Below are positions 10,384-20,261 of a stretch of 64,000 nucleotides of DNA, one piece after another (the stretch's first letter is position 1; each line of letters begins with the position of its first letter). The notes beneath the pieces were generated by a model. The model saw nothing but the letters and a program-made list of their open reading frames with translations. It was not told where the DNA came from and searched no databases. The DNA is taken from IMG/VR virus record IMGVR_UViG_3300045988_154277. One strand, written 5' to 3'. Made by a program: the position numbers and the translations under genes. This stretch comes from a virus.

Positions 10384-11589
10384 CTACCCGATCGAAGAGA
10401 TCTTGCAGGGGACCCTTCCGATCGATGGGATCTCGAGCATATAAACATCATCGATCTCACCGATGTTCCAATTACCAGTGGACGCTGTAATAAGGGATGA
10501 TCCAGTAACCAATGTATCACTTCCTATCGTAGTTACTGTACGTGTCGTTTGATTACGGAGTACTGTAGTAGCATTGACGATGTCCGTTTGTAATGTGGTC
10601 ACAGTACGCAGACCTTGGTTGTTGATCATCGCCATCGGAGTATTCGTGATGATGTTCTTCAGCACAGAGAGGGCAAATCCACCCGCTACAGCAGTACCAA
10701 CATCTCCTACATAATTGAACGTAGCGTTCCCAAATCCTTTGTGATGGAACACATCCATCATCGTAGTTCCCACAGGTCCCTTGAACGACGCAACCGTGTT
10801 ACCATTTACATTGGTCACCAGGTTCCCACCTACGAAGAACTCTAAGTTCTTGGGAACATGGATCGCCATGTTCTTATCTTCCAGAGTGATCGATGTGCCA
10901 GCTGCATTTTCCAGCTTGATCCTTCCTCTGCAACCAGGTATCGGCTGAGACTCCAGCTTGATCGAGTTCGATGGGATCGATTTGTCTTTGACAGGTTGGT
11001 CCCAGATCTCAACGCTGCGTGAGTTCGTATCGATCTTGAAGAAATACCTCCAGTCTTCACCATCAGAAGCAGAAGTAGATAACAAGATGTGTTTATGATA
11101 CTTCGTATCGATCTCTAAGAAATAACTGTTGTCATCCGTGATACCAGCTTGTTTGCCTTCTACATCATCTCCGACAGCTCGACTCTTGTTGGTAATCGCT
11201 TGATCCAGAGCTGAGAACCGGATCTGTTCGAAGGTTCGCATGTAATCATCTCGTTCCAACGGTAACCAGAAGAACCGATCATCCGTTGCGAAGTTCAACA
11301 CGAGAACCTGTTGGTTCTTGTACATCGTCGGTACAGTACGGGATGTGAGTACACCAAGATACTCTGCAGTGATCGTCGTAGCGGTCTGTACGTTGACGGA
11401 CTCTTTCTGGTTTGTCATTACATTGGTCACTTCAACCGTATGAGTTGATGTTTCAGGGGTGATATCACCAGTCAACGTTGGGAGATATTCGGGTACGTAT
11501 ATGTGGAAGGTTCTCTGATTCCTGTAACCAGTTGATTCAGCCAGGTAACCGATGAACACTCTCCATCGATCAGACATAGGTGCTGCCAT
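10384..11589 (-). CDS. putative virion structural protein with beta-helix-like C-terminal repeats (spike/fibre-like)
   Basis: Start MAAPMSDRW is preceded by TTAGGAGGATTATACTC. C-terminal half is rich in short V/T/N/G repeats (NVNGNTVASFKGPVGTT..., VTTLQTDIVNATTVLRNQTTRTVTTIGSDTLVTGSSLITAST), reminiscent of spike/fibre beta-structures. Assignment is tentative. Confidence 0.4.
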   Translation of the reverse strand: MAAPMSDRWRVFIGYLAESTGYRNQRTFHIYVPEYLPTLTGDITPETSTHTVEVTNVMTNQKESVNVQTATTITAEYLGVLTSRTVPTMYKNQQVLVLNFATDDRFFWLPLERDDYMRTFEQIRFSALDQAITNKSRAVGDDVEGKQAGITDDNSYFLEIDTKYHKHILLSTSASDGEDWRYFFKIDTNSRSVEIWDQPVKDKSIPSNSIKLESQPIPGCRGRIKLENAAGTSITLEDKNMAIHVPKNLEFFVGGNLVTNVNGNTVASFKGPVGTTMMDVFHHKGFGNATFNYVGDVGTAVAGGFALSVLKNIITNTPMAMINNQGLRTVTTLQTDIVNATTVLRNQTTRTVTTIGSDTLVTGSSLITASTGNWNIGEIDDVYMLEIPSIGRVPCKISSIG

Positions 11590-11681
11590 GAGTATAATCC
11601 TCCTAATATTTAGGTCGTATAGGATCACTTCCGTAACAAAAGAAGAACTATAGAGAGGGGTACCACCACCCTCTCTATAGT

Positions 11682-12050
11682 TCAATATACCAGATGTACG
11701 TTAGGATAGTCCTGCGATAACTTCTGTAACACAGGACTGATGATCTCATCGTAGATATGATAACGGTTCGCTAGTCCACTTCCTAACTTCGAGATCAGAT
11801 AGATCCTGTCAGGATGTGACTGGATCTCATCCAGAAGTCTAGCTAACTCTTGATCGAATACAGGACGATACTCGTCTGGACGGTAATACGAACGCTCAGA
11901 TAGACTGGGTCGTCGCTTCGTTACGAACCCATACGTCTGAGGATGCCACCGTAATGCAGCTGCACCACCTCTTCCCTGATGAAGCAGATTATCTCCATAT
12001 ACGAAGATCACGTTCGGATGATCGTCCAAGTACCGTTCTGTTACGATCAA
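11682..12050 (-). CDS. small protein with macro-domain-like glycine motif (possible ADP-ribose binding/processing)
   Basis: VIFVYGDNLLHQGRGGAAALRW resembles the macro-domain core xVNAANxxLLxGGGVxGAI. The protein is only 122 aa, so the call is tentative. Confidence 0.3.
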   Translation of the reverse strand: MIVTERYLDDHPNVIFVYGDNLLHQGRGGAAALRWHPQTYGFVTKRRPSLSERSYYRPDEYRPVFDQELARLLDEIQSHPDRIYLISKLGSGLANRYHIYDEIISPVLQKLSQDYPNVHLVY

Positions 12051-12436
12051 GCCTTGATAGGGTCCTGAGGATTCACCGGACCAACTCCTGCGTTGGAAGA
12101 TCCTTTGGTCTCCATCATGGTCAAGTAGAACCGAACCTTCGGTCGATCATCCACTTTCTTATCTTCGATCAGCTTCTTGTACCAGGGCGGGATCGCCGTG
12201 GGAGGGACGAAGATATCGATGTATCCCATTCCGTTGTCAACGCCAGTATCGGCTTTCAGACCGAACTCCGTCAACCACGTCGAGTTGATCTTCCGACCTT
12301 CGACGATCTGTTCGAATTCAAGAGCCCATTTCCGTTTGGTGATGTCAGATACTTCCTGATCCAACATCTGCCCAAGGAGTCGATGCAGACGTTCCTTGGG
12401 AGTGAGATTGCGGTCTACCGCACGCTTTACAGCCAC
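12047..12436 (-). CDS. hypothetical protein (~130 aa), GTG start
   Basis: CCAAGGAGGTTATT precedes GTG at 12436. The track Met (a GTG at 12505) lacks an SD and would overlap the Zn-ribbon gene. Confidence 0.45.
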   Translation of the reverse strand: MAVKRAVDRNLTPKERLHRLLGQMLDQEVSDITKRKWALEFEQIVEGRKINSTWLTEFGLKADTGVDNGMGYIDIFVPPTAIPPWYKKLIEDKKVDDRPKVRFYLTMMETKGSSNAGVGPVNPQDPIKA

Positions 12437-12450
12437 AATAACCTCCTTGG

Positions 12451-12675
12451 TTAGTTGTTGATCGTTCGATTTATCACTCGATGATGTCCGTTGTCCAAAC
12501 ACCACGGACAGAGTAATCGAGTATAATGTTGATTCCCTTGCGTAATTGCAAGGTAGTGTTCTTTACAGTGTGGGCAATACACTCTCCCACAACCATCACA
12601 AGCGTACTTGGGATCGTTGGGTTCTAGCTTCTTACCACACTGAGAACAGGTGACTTGATAGTTCGTATGCATCAC
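12451..12675 (-). CDS. Cys-rich zinc-ribbon protein (74 aa)
   Basis: CxxC...CxxC...CxxC...CxxC spacing (CSQCGKK, CDGCGRVYCPHC, CPWC), typical of small Zn-binding domains. Confidence 0.55.
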   Translation of the reverse strand: MMHTNYQVTCSQCGKKLEPNDPKYACDGCGRVYCPHCKEHYLAITQGNQHYTRLLCPWCLDNGHHRVINRTINN

Positions 12676-12989
12676 TTCTCCTTCTTGATCGTTTCAAGAA
12701 GATCGCGAACAAGCATGTTGATTGCTTGGTTCTCTGGAAGATGACGGTGACCGGAGGCATTCCTTTCCAGCTTATCTTGTATCGTATCGTAGAAAGGTTC
12801 TGACTCTGGGTACCGTCCAACATCCGTCAGGATCTTCGTCAACTCCTCACGAACGATCTTCCTTACATACTCGTGATCGATACACTCATTCGGAAACTTC
12901 CATGCAGGATGCATCCTCGTGACACCTGGAGGGAGCGGTTCTTTTCCAGATGCAGTATCATCGATCAACTTATTCAATTCATCACTCAT
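12672..12989 (-). CDS. hypothetical protein (~105 aa)
   Basis: AAGGAGAAATGATC precedes ATG (MSDELNKL...); immediately downstream of the topoisomerase gene. Confidence 0.45.
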   Translation of the reverse strand: MSDELNKLIDDTASGKEPLPPGVTRMHPAWKFPNECIDHEYVRKIVREELTKILTDVGRYPESEPFYDTIQDKLERNASGHRHLPENQAINMLVRDLLETIKKEK

Positions 12990-12991
12990 GA

Positions 12992-15270
12992 TCATTTCTC
13001 CTTGATCGTCCAGATCTTCGAGTTCTTGAAACAAGACTCCATCGTAAGACCCGTTGAAGTCTGTTTCTTATTCAGAAGGATCTGAACACGTTTCTTGGTC
13101 ATCAGGAATCTGAGACTCTTCAGATAAATGTGTTTAACCACACATCGCATCAGGATATCAGACGGTACTGTAAATCCAACCGACTCGTCCAACTTGAACA
13201 ACCCAACGAAGTGTGTCGTTCCCATCAGAAGTCGGTTGTACTTGGAACCATCTGTTACAAGCTCCAACGTCACAGTATTGAGATCGTTGGTGTTCATCGT
13301 GACCAGAACCAACCCTTCTCCCTGATCCAGTTTATCACCGACATACACCACATCGGTCTTCACACCGGTAGCCATCAGATTCGATCGCTTGGAGAACTCT
13401 GTATAGCGAACGGTACGAACACGACCACTCTTCTCGATCACGGTGAAATCATCACCAACAGGATAACAACTGTAGTTGCTATCGTCGATATACTGAGTTT
13501 CATTCACTCGATAAATCGTGTTCTCAGCGTGGTTCAAGATGATCGTGTGATGTGCGAAGTAAGGTGTGACTCGGAACACGTCACATTGGAACTCCTTCTG
13601 CAGATCGTAGTCTTTTGACAGGAACTGCGGAGGGATATTCGGATAGGGTGTTCCACTCAGATAAGGGATCTTCTTGTGCTTCGTAGAGGGATAGATCATG
13701 ATCTCGATATCACGAGACTCCCAACGACTTACCAAAGAAGACAACTCGGTAAGATCCTTCGCTTGGATCACGCCAGAGCCTTTCACTCTCAGTGCACAAG
13801 TAAACCGATTGAACTCGGTCTTACGAGTACACTTCTTACCATATTTCTCCTTGATCTTGAGAACCTGTTCGCTGACGATCTCATCCACTCTGCCGAACTG
13901 ATGTTGAAGATCATTGATGCGTTTCTTCACATCTTCCACCTTCGCAACCAGTTCTGCTTTACCCTGATGGGTGATCTGATGCATCTGGAGTCGAGACAGA
14001 AACTTCGCCTGATACTGAGACAACCCGAATGCTTGACACAATGGTTTGATCGTTGCTTCTTTGTTCTCCGCTTCTTTGAAGATACGAAGAACCTTATTCG
14101 TATTGTCAGCGATCACAACCAGCGCTGTCAATTCACGATATTCGTTGAAGAGATCAACATTGGTTTGTTTCAGATCAGATACGATCGAGGCGGTACGCAT
14201 CTGATACCAAGCATCCAACAATGTGATCGGATCCATACAGAGAAGTTTACCCTCGTGATTACAGAAGTTCCAGATCGGTGCTCTGGACATCGTGAACCGT
14301 ACGGTCTTCTTCAAAGTATCCAATACTTCGAATGGATCTCCACCTCGCTTCAGAGGGAGTTCCACATCACCCATCATCTTACCAGTAGTAAGATCGAGTA
14401 CTTCTGTGAAGTTCGACGTAACGAACGATGCTTTCTTGGTGAGCTGACCAAGTGGTTGTTTCACACACTTGGAGAAATCCTGACCGAACGGAATCGTACG
14501 GATGTTGATCTTATTGGGATGCAACTCCATCACACCACACGATACCAAAGAAGTATCGAACTTCCCTTCGCTGTAATCCTGCAACAGCTCCTGTTCATTC
14601 AAGATCAAACCAGCGACCGGATAGTCCGGGATCAGATACTTAGCATACTCTTTGTACGCTGTTGCAGCACTGATCGAGTTGTGATGACGTAAGTTGATAT
14701 ACTTCATCACAAGATCACAGACTGAGTTCAGGTTCAGATGAGGAAGTACTGAACGGAATCCGATCGCGATCCCTTGAGATCCTGTCAATAGAGCCATCGG
14801 GATCACCGGGATCAGATACGCTGGTTCCACTCCTTTACCAGTCTCTCTTGGAACATACACCAATGTTTTCTGGTTGGTATAGTTGAAGTAGACATCCCTA
14901 GCGAACTCCGCACTGGTTACGTCCAGATAACGAGGTGCTGCAGGATCACCACCACCATACGCTCCGATATTGCCTTCGCTGTAAACCAGAGGCTGACACT
15001 GGTTGAACGGTTGACACAGTCGGATCACGGCATCGTAGATACCACTATCGCCATGTGGATGATATTGATGCATGCAATCACCAACAACAGCTGCTCCTTT
15101 GATACGATCAGTACTATCTCCGATCGTAACCAAAATACGACGGTGGACCAATCTTAATCCATCGATATAGTTGGGTAATGCTTCCAGGATGGTGTACTTC
15201 CCATACTGTTCCATGTTCATCACAGAAGCATCACTTGCTGATATTTCACTTCTGAAATCTGTTTCCATTG
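12992..15270 (-). CDS. type II DNA topoisomerase, GyrA/ParC/T4 gp52-like cleavage-religation subunit
   Basis: HRRILVTIGDS...VVGDCMHQYHPHGDSGIYDAVIRLCQPFNQCQPLVYSEGNIGAYGGGDPAAPRYLDV...GSQGIAIGFRSVLPHLNL matches the GyrA signature (RRILY...[29 protein letters not shown]...GQGNFGS...AAAMRYTE...GSSGIAVGMATNIPPHNL). Start reassigned to ATG at 15270 (METDF...) with TAGGAG SD. Confidence 0.85.
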
Positions 15271-15319
15271 TAACTCCTAGGGTGTTGTGTTCTTGTATAC
15301 TGTGACTTCTTGCTATAGA

Positions 15320-15331
15320 GTTATATATACT
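15320..15331 (-). promoter_or_regulatory. TATATATAAC promoter-motif variant upstream of topoisomerase gene
   Basis: Plus GTTATATATAC; same family as the other TATATATTAC sites, ~50 nt upstream of ATG. Confidence 0.4.
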
Positions 15332-15375
15332 TGAAACCAAGAAGAAACTAATAGTACTAGACATTACTTAAATGC

Positions 15376-15409
15376 ATCTAGTTGAGATGGACACCCATCT
15401 CAACTAGAT
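15376..15409. terminator. 15-bp perfect hairpin (intrinsic terminator, minus-strand use likely)
   Basis: ATCTAGTTGAGATGG-acac-CCATCTCAACTAGAT downstream of 15474..15842. Confidence 0.55.
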
Positions 15410-15443
15410 ACTTGAATATAAATCAGTATGTGGTTGTGAACTT

Positions 15444-15469
15444 GCGCTCTGTATAGTAATACAGAGCGC
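15444..15469. terminator. 10-bp hairpin with adjacent T/A-rich run
   Basis: GCGCTCTGTA-tagtaa-TACAGAGCGC followed by TTATTTAAATA; lies between the gene stop at 15474 and the first hairpin. Confidence 0.45.
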
Positions 15470-15473
15470 TTAT

Positions 15474-15842
15474 TTAAATATGATCAACTAGTTCACATTC
15501 ACGAAGCAGATCATCGATGTTTGGAATAGTTGGTTTCAACTGATCATACATCGCTTTAAAGATCGGGTCGTTCATTGTAAAGTCTCTAGCGAGATATAGA
15601 AACTCTTTCTGTTCATCTGTGAGATTATTCTTCAGGGTATCCCACAGACCAAGCTCCATGAGTTTCTGAGCAACTTTATACTTACTAAAGATGATACGAT
15701 CTAGAGGAACAACAGGGGTTGGTAGTTCCGGAAGTGTATCAACCTTTTCATACCCTTTTAGTTGCATAGCGGTAGGACCCATACTTGGACCATACCACAC
15801 ATCGTAATTTGTTTTGTCTTCATTCCACTTGATGTAGGGCAT
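15474..15842 (-). CDS. hypothetical protein (122 aa)
   Basis: Track ORF, no motifs. Confidence 0.45.
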   Translation of the reverse strand: MPYIKWNEDKTNYDVWYGPSMGPTAMQLKGYEKVDTLPELPTPVVPLDRIIFSKYKVAQKLMELGLWDTLKNNLTDEQKEFLYLARDFTMNDPIFKAMYDQLKPTIPNIDDLLRECELVDHI

Positions 15843-15843
15843 T

Positions 15844-16707
15844 TTAGTTCTCTGATATAAGTTTAATTTCGTCGGGTGTCATAACCGTGTTAAACACAGC
15901 TCCATATTCAAAGAGTGCGTGGCAATTACTAGTTTTATAGTTATTGTTATTGTTTCCTATTCCAAACCGACATGATCGATAGCTATTATCAACCTGTTGT
16001 CCAACACTCAGTTCATCTCTAGTAGCACTCCACTGTGATGTGGACGCTACAAGACTCCCATTTAAATACAAATTACCTTTTCTAGTTGTTTGATCACAAG
16101 TGAGTGCTAAAGTGATCCACTTGTCAAACAATTCTTTCTTTGCATCATCTACAGTAGAATAGGATTTGCGACATCTAACAATTTGCCCAGAAAAATTATC
16201 AGCAACGTTCTCAGCATGAGTCGCTACCCAAACATCTCCTTTCACCGTAACACCATTTATAGCTGGAGATGGATTACCAGGATCTCCAGTAGTTCCTTCT
16301 ATACCAACATAACACATTGTACCACTTGTATCTAAAAGCGGTGCACCTGCACCTGAAACAAAGCCAATACCAACATAATCTGTAATTATCACATACGGTA
16401 TATACATTCGCATAATAATCGTGTGATTCGGAGTCATCCCAGCTAAGTATAACTTACTAGTAATAAGTGGTGCTTGAGTTTGTTTTGGAGGAAAATAGAA
16501 AGTACCATCTGTACCAGATTGACACGTAACATTCTGCAGTGTCAATAACCCATCCTTGATATCGGTGGAACCGTTCGTTGCACTACCAGGGATCGGAAAT
16601 ACCTGATTATTCATAGGAGAAAACACACTCCCAGCATTATCAGGAAATACAGCCCACAAACAGTCAGGTTGACGTACTCGAGCCCTTATATAGTCCATAA
16701 CAGGCAT
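15844..16707 (-). CDS. ConA-like lectin / laminin-G-like domain protein (candidate receptor-binding tail fibre component)
   Basis: C-terminal LYLNGSLVA...ALFEYGAVFNTVMTPDEIKLIS is a typical LamG/ConA-like fold signature seen in phage fibre proteins. Start set at MPVMDY with GGAGGTG SD. Confidence 0.5.
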   Translation of the reverse strand: MPVMDYIRARVRQPDCLWAVFPDNAGSVFSPMNNQVFPIPGSATNGSTDIKDGLLTLQNVTCQSGTDGTFYFPPKQTQAPLITSKLYLAGMTPNHTIIMRMYIPYVIITDYVGIGFVSGAGAPLLDTSGTMCYVGIEGTTGDPGNPSPAINGVTVKGDVWVATHAENVADNFSGQIVRCRKSYSTVDDAKKELFDKWITLALTCDQTTRKGNLYLNGSLVASTSQWSATRDELSVGQQVDNSYRSCRFGIGNNNNNYKTSNCHALFEYGAVFNTVMTPDEIKLISEN

Positions 16708-16708
16708 A

Positions 16709-17296
16709 TCAACTACACCTCCAGTCAACAACCATAGCAGTGATAAGTTCACCATCATCAACCAGTCCATCCGTAGCAGCTAACTCAGCAGTTGTATCTC
16801 TGGATATAGTGATATCACTACCGGTTAGTGGTGTTGACAATTTCAATGTGCTATGTAGGATGATTCCGGCGCCAGCTCTTGCTTTAAACGACTCACTAAC
16901 AGGAACTGCTGCGATACCAAGACCACCCACATTCGCTACACCACTACCAGTCACTTTCAAATATACAATTCCATTGTAATTACTAGCAGGAGTTATCCAT
17001 AGATCGATCGTTGTTATAGGTTGAATGTATGTTCCAGAGAACACCATAGAATTAGTTGCATCTAGATAAGCTACTGTACCATAGGTGCTATTTGCAAATA
17101 TTCGATTGATAAATGGTCTTTCAGAACTAGACCCTCCACCAAGTGATTGTTCTGTTCCATCTTTATCATAGACTTTCAACCCGTCTGACGTTGCACTAAG
17201 CATGAGGTGTCCATCTAGTGCGTTCTTAGAGATCGGGGTATCCACGATCTTAAGATTAAGAGATGCTTGATCTTTCATACAACTATTAACTCTCAT
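16709..17296 (-). CDS. putative tail-fibre-associated protein (~195 aa)
   Basis: Start MRVNSCMKDQ (ATG at 17296). Gly/Ser/Thr-rich; directly upstream of the lectin-like gene with a 1-nt junction. Confidence 0.4.
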   Translation of the reverse strand: MRVNSCMKDQASLNLKIVDTPISKNALDGHLMLSATSDGLKVYDKDGTEQSLGGGSSSERPFINRIFANSTYGTVAYLDATNSMVFSGTYIQPITTIDLWITPASNYNGIVYLKVTGSGVANVGGLGIAAVPVSESFKARAGAGIILHSTLKLSTPLTGSDITISRDTTAELAATDGLVDDGELITAMVVDWRCS

Positions 17297-17353
17297 TCCG
17301 AGCAATATTACAACGGATGCTCGGTTCCCTACCCCTCGATAGTACTGATGTCG

Positions 17354-17363
17354 GGGGGGGGGG
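17354..17363. repeat. homopolymeric G10 tract (C10 on coding strand) in 5' region of gene 16709..17296
   Basis: GTCGGGGGGGGGGTAAGCCCTCCCG. Flanked by near-duplicate CCCTCGATAG / CTCCCGATAG motifs. Confidence 0.6.
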
Positions 17364-17400
17364 TAAGCCCTCCCGATAGTCGCATACAACACACAATCAT

Positions 17401-17435
17401 AACATCGTTAGTGCTAAAACAGCACTAACGATGTT
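17401..17435. terminator. 16-bp perfect hairpin, bidirectional terminator candidate
   Basis: AACATCGTTAGTGCTA-aaac-AGCACTAACGATGTT just downstream of the gene ending at 17467. Confidence 0.55.
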
Positions 17436-17466
17436 AGATCGATTCAAACAGTAAGTAGATAGTGCA

Positions 17467-18441
17467 TCACTTGATGTGTTTCTTCATCTTCTGGATCGTA
17501 TAAGCTGCGAATGCAGCTTCGTCTTCCATCTGATCAAGAGCAACCGAGTAGTAGCTCCAGAGATGGACGATGAACGCCCGGAACTGAGCGAAGTTCTTAT
17601 GACGTTCCCTTGCGTTCTCTTTGTCATTCGCATTCAGCATACGACGGATATCCGAAGATGCTTTCTTGGCACCGGATGCGAAGATCGGTCCGAGTTTCTC
17701 ATAATCGGCATAGAGGTCAAACATCTGATCGCCGAACTTCATGACATTATCCAAGGACTGAGCCGTGTAGCCGAGTGCACTCAGCTTTGCCTTACCGAAC
17801 ATTTTCTGAAGAAGACTGTCTTTCTTGTAGGCAACGAACGAGAAGATACGCTTCGTGTTGGAGGAGTCAAGCGATGCAAGGACCTTGTCAACACCACCGT
17901 TCATCATGTTGATCGCTTCTTTCAAAGCGTCCAGACCGTCTTTACGAAGCTTATAGACGCCATCCAGTTTGGAGGCGTTGATCCCACGAACAGACTCATC
18001 GAGGACCGCTTCGTAGTCGATCTGTTTACCTTGGATCGCTGATTTGCCTTCATTGAAGAGTTTCTCATAACGGTTGATCGTCGGGAACCACGTGGAGATC
18101 TTGTGACCGATCCGTGTTCCAAGCCATTCGAATTTCTCTGCGATGCTTGCAAAGAATCCAGTGATCGCATCATCGAGACGCTCCAGAGAGTAGTCATCTC
18201 CGATCAGAGCTCTGATCTGACCGTTGTCGTCGATCAGGGTACGGAACGCTTCCGTAGCACCATACTGTTTCAGATACTGTCCGATCTGGATCAGGTTATC
18301 AACCGCCGTGATATCCCGTTGCAGTTCATCCAACATCGCTGCACATTCCATCGATGTGGTGAGATGCTCGTAAGCGAGTTCCGCATCATCCCACTTAGGA
18401 TATACCTTGGTTTGAGTGAGTGATTCAATACCGAGTTGCAT
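17467..18441 (-). CDS. paralog-family protein A (candidate inner-body/virion protein)
   Basis: Start MQLGIESLTQ after CAGGAGCATACAA SD. N-terminal signature MxLGxExL...YG(A/V/Y)T is shared with five other ORFs in this window. Confidence 0.55.
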   Translation of the reverse strand: MQLGIESLTQTKVYPKWDDAELAYEHLTTSMECAAMLDELQRDITAVDNLIQIGQYLKQYGATEAFRTLIDDNGQIRALIGDDYSLERLDDAITGFFASIAEKFEWLGTRIGHKISTWFPTINRYEKLFNEGKSAIQGKQIDYEAVLDESVRGINASKLDGVYKLRKDGLDALKEAINMMNGGVDKVLASLDSSNTKRIFSFVAYKKDSLLQKMFGKAKLSALGYTAQSLDNVMKFGDQMFDLYADYEKLGPIFASGAKKASSDIRRMLNANDKENARERHKNFAQFRAFIVHLWSYYSVALDQMEDEAAFAAYTIQKMKKHIK

Positions 18442-18496
18442 TTGTATGCTCCTGTATAAACACACATATCCCCTTTTAAGATATCATTACATCTAT

Positions 18497-18505
18497 GGGG
18501 GGGGG
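18497..18505. repeat. homopolymeric G9 tract inside a 10-bp-stem hairpin upstream of gene 17467..18441
   Basis: CATCTATGGGGGGGGGTTACCACCCATAGATG. Confidence 0.55.
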
Positions 18506-18547
18506 TTACCACCCATAGATGTTAACACAACACACTACATAGGATCG

Positions 18548-19741
18548 TTAGTGGTTGATATCGAATGTACCGCGTTTACCTTCACGGTCGTTACCAGTTG
18601 CTCGTAATTGATTGATAATAGCTCGTAAGCGAGAAGCTGCTTGTTCTACACTCCCAAACACCTTCTCCATATCAGTTGAGATTCTCGTGAGACATGTGTG
18701 TATGCTTCTAACAGTCTCTAACATCGCTTGACATGCAGCTGCAAAATTACGCAAATACGTCTTAAAATCAGTTTGTTCCGTTTGCGTTTGTAAACTCTGA
18801 ATGTGTTCGAGTACACGTATATTCACGAGCGACTTACCACTCAATCGTTTGGCAGCAGTTGACAGAGTACGAGTCACAGATGTTATTCGAGCTTCGAGAT
18901 CATGATAATCGTTAACAACCCGATCTACAGAACGAGCTGTATCCCAACCGCTATCAATCGGACCACGCTCCAACCGATTCTCATTCAACTCTGTTATCGC
19001 ATTGTGTAACGTGGTTAAATCGTCTCCTAGTCTATCGACAATCGTTTGTAACTCATCAGTCTTTTTAGTTACATCACAAGAATAAACACCATTCATGATG
19101 TTATCGACCTCTACAGAGGTAAACGCGTTTGCTTGATCTAAACTACGACTTACATCACGTTCGATCGTACGCATGATGTCTCGAATGCACGATAATCTGC
19201 TTTGCAGTGCTGAAAATATAACGTGACTCTTAGGGTTAATTTCACCCTTAGTGTTATACACATCATCACTATCATCAATTTTCATCGCCTGAGTAAACAC
19301 GGGTGGGATAGATATTGGATTCACAGCTTCCTGGCTTATCGTGAAGTTATTCATGTATTTGTCATAAATCTCACGATGCTCCATGATGAACGCTCTGTTT
19401 TCATCCAACTTATCGGTTCTCTTCTTAGAGAACCACTTCTTGATATGTTCAGAGATCCAATCACAGATCTTCTTAAAATATTCACCCAGCTTACGGATGA
19501 ACTTCACAACAAGATCCCAAGCACTCTCCAACAACCCTTCATATGAAGGTGTGATGTTAGCATTTACAAGCGCATCCGTCACTTGTTGGATAAGCAGTGC
19601 TTCTCCAGCTCCAGATGGTTGTAGAGGATGTTCATATACAGGTACTAACTCTACAACATTATTCAAGGCCATCGCAAGCATATAACACTCATGCTGAGCC
19701 TGGTACAACTCAGATATCATCAAATCGTAATCCATATCCAT
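18548..19741 (-). CDS. paralog-family protein B (more divergent member)
   Basis: Start MDMDYDLMISELYQ after AAGGAGAACGTT. Weaker N-terminal similarity to the family. Confidence 0.45.
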   Translation of the reverse strand: MDMDYDLMISELYQAQHECYMLAMALNNVVELVPVYEHPLQPSGAGEALLIQQVTDALVNANITPSYEGLLESAWDLVVKFIRKLGEYFKKICDWISEHIKKWFSKKRTDKLDENRAFIMEHREIYDKYMNNFTISQEAVNPISIPPVFTQAMKIDDSDDVYNTKGEINPKSHVIFSALQSRLSCIRDIMRTIERDVSRSLDQANAFTSVEVDNIMNGVYSCDVTKKTDELQTIVDRLGDDLTTLHNAITELNENRLERGPIDSGWDTARSVDRVVNDYHDLEARITSVTRTLSTAAKRLSGKSLVNIRVLEHIQSLQTQTEQTDFKTYLRNFAAACQAMLETVRSIHTCLTRISTDMEKVFGSVEQAASRLRAIINQLRATGNDREGKRGTFDINH

Positions 19742-19816
19742 AACGTTCTCCTTATATAGGTCATAGCATGAGACTAAGAATGTGTCTCTCGGAGAAAGAA
19801 AAAGAAGCAAAAAGAA

Positions 19817-19845
19817 AGAGAGTAGAGTGTGATCTCTACTCTCTT
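19817..19845 (-). terminator. hairpin AGAGAGTAGAG-tgtgatc-CTCTACTCTCT with T-rich tail on minus strand
   Basis: Minus-strand reading is followed by TTCTTTTTGCTTCTTTTTC. Confidence 0.55.
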
Positions 19846-20193
19846 CTCTATACTCTAAATAATATGGTTATCTAACCCCCTAAGAACCCCCGGGTAGGGG
19901 TTGGGGCGTAGCCCTACATTTATGATGCTAAGGATGGAGGGTAGGGGAGATCTGATCATACACTGGATCTATCTCTAACCAATTCAAGATATCTATATCT
20001 TCGATTGATTAGAGGATAGATCTGACAGGCTTACGCTGGTGGATCTCCCCTACCCATCTCTGGATAGATACTCTTATGGTATTCCCGTTCGCTTCACGTA
20101 CGTTACGCTCACTCAAATAATATAGTTGTAGCAATATTTAATTACAGAGTAAAAAGTTACATCGTTATAGGTTAATCATATCTAACAAAAGAA
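19846..20193 (-). ncRNA. candidate structured noncoding RNA between two related terminator hairpins
   Basis: No ORF. 14-bp long-range inverted repeat GGGTAGGGGAGATC (19940-19953) / GATCTCCCCTACCC (20042-20055). Nested inverted repeat GATCTATCTCTAA / TTAGAGGATAGATC. G/C-rich hairpins. ATATTATTT(G/A)AG motifs at both ends. Confidence 0.35.
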
Positions 20194-20226
20194 GAAGAGT
20201 AGAGAGGGTGGATCTCTCTACTCTTC
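20194..20226 (-). terminator. 13-bp hairpin GAAGAGTAGAGAG-ggtggat-CTCTCTACTCTTC with T-rich tail (minus)
   Basis: Immediately after the stop of 20262..20951. Sequence-related to the 19817 hairpin. Confidence 0.55.
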
Positions 20227-20261
20227 CATGTAAGATCTTCTACGTTGATAGAGTTATCTGA

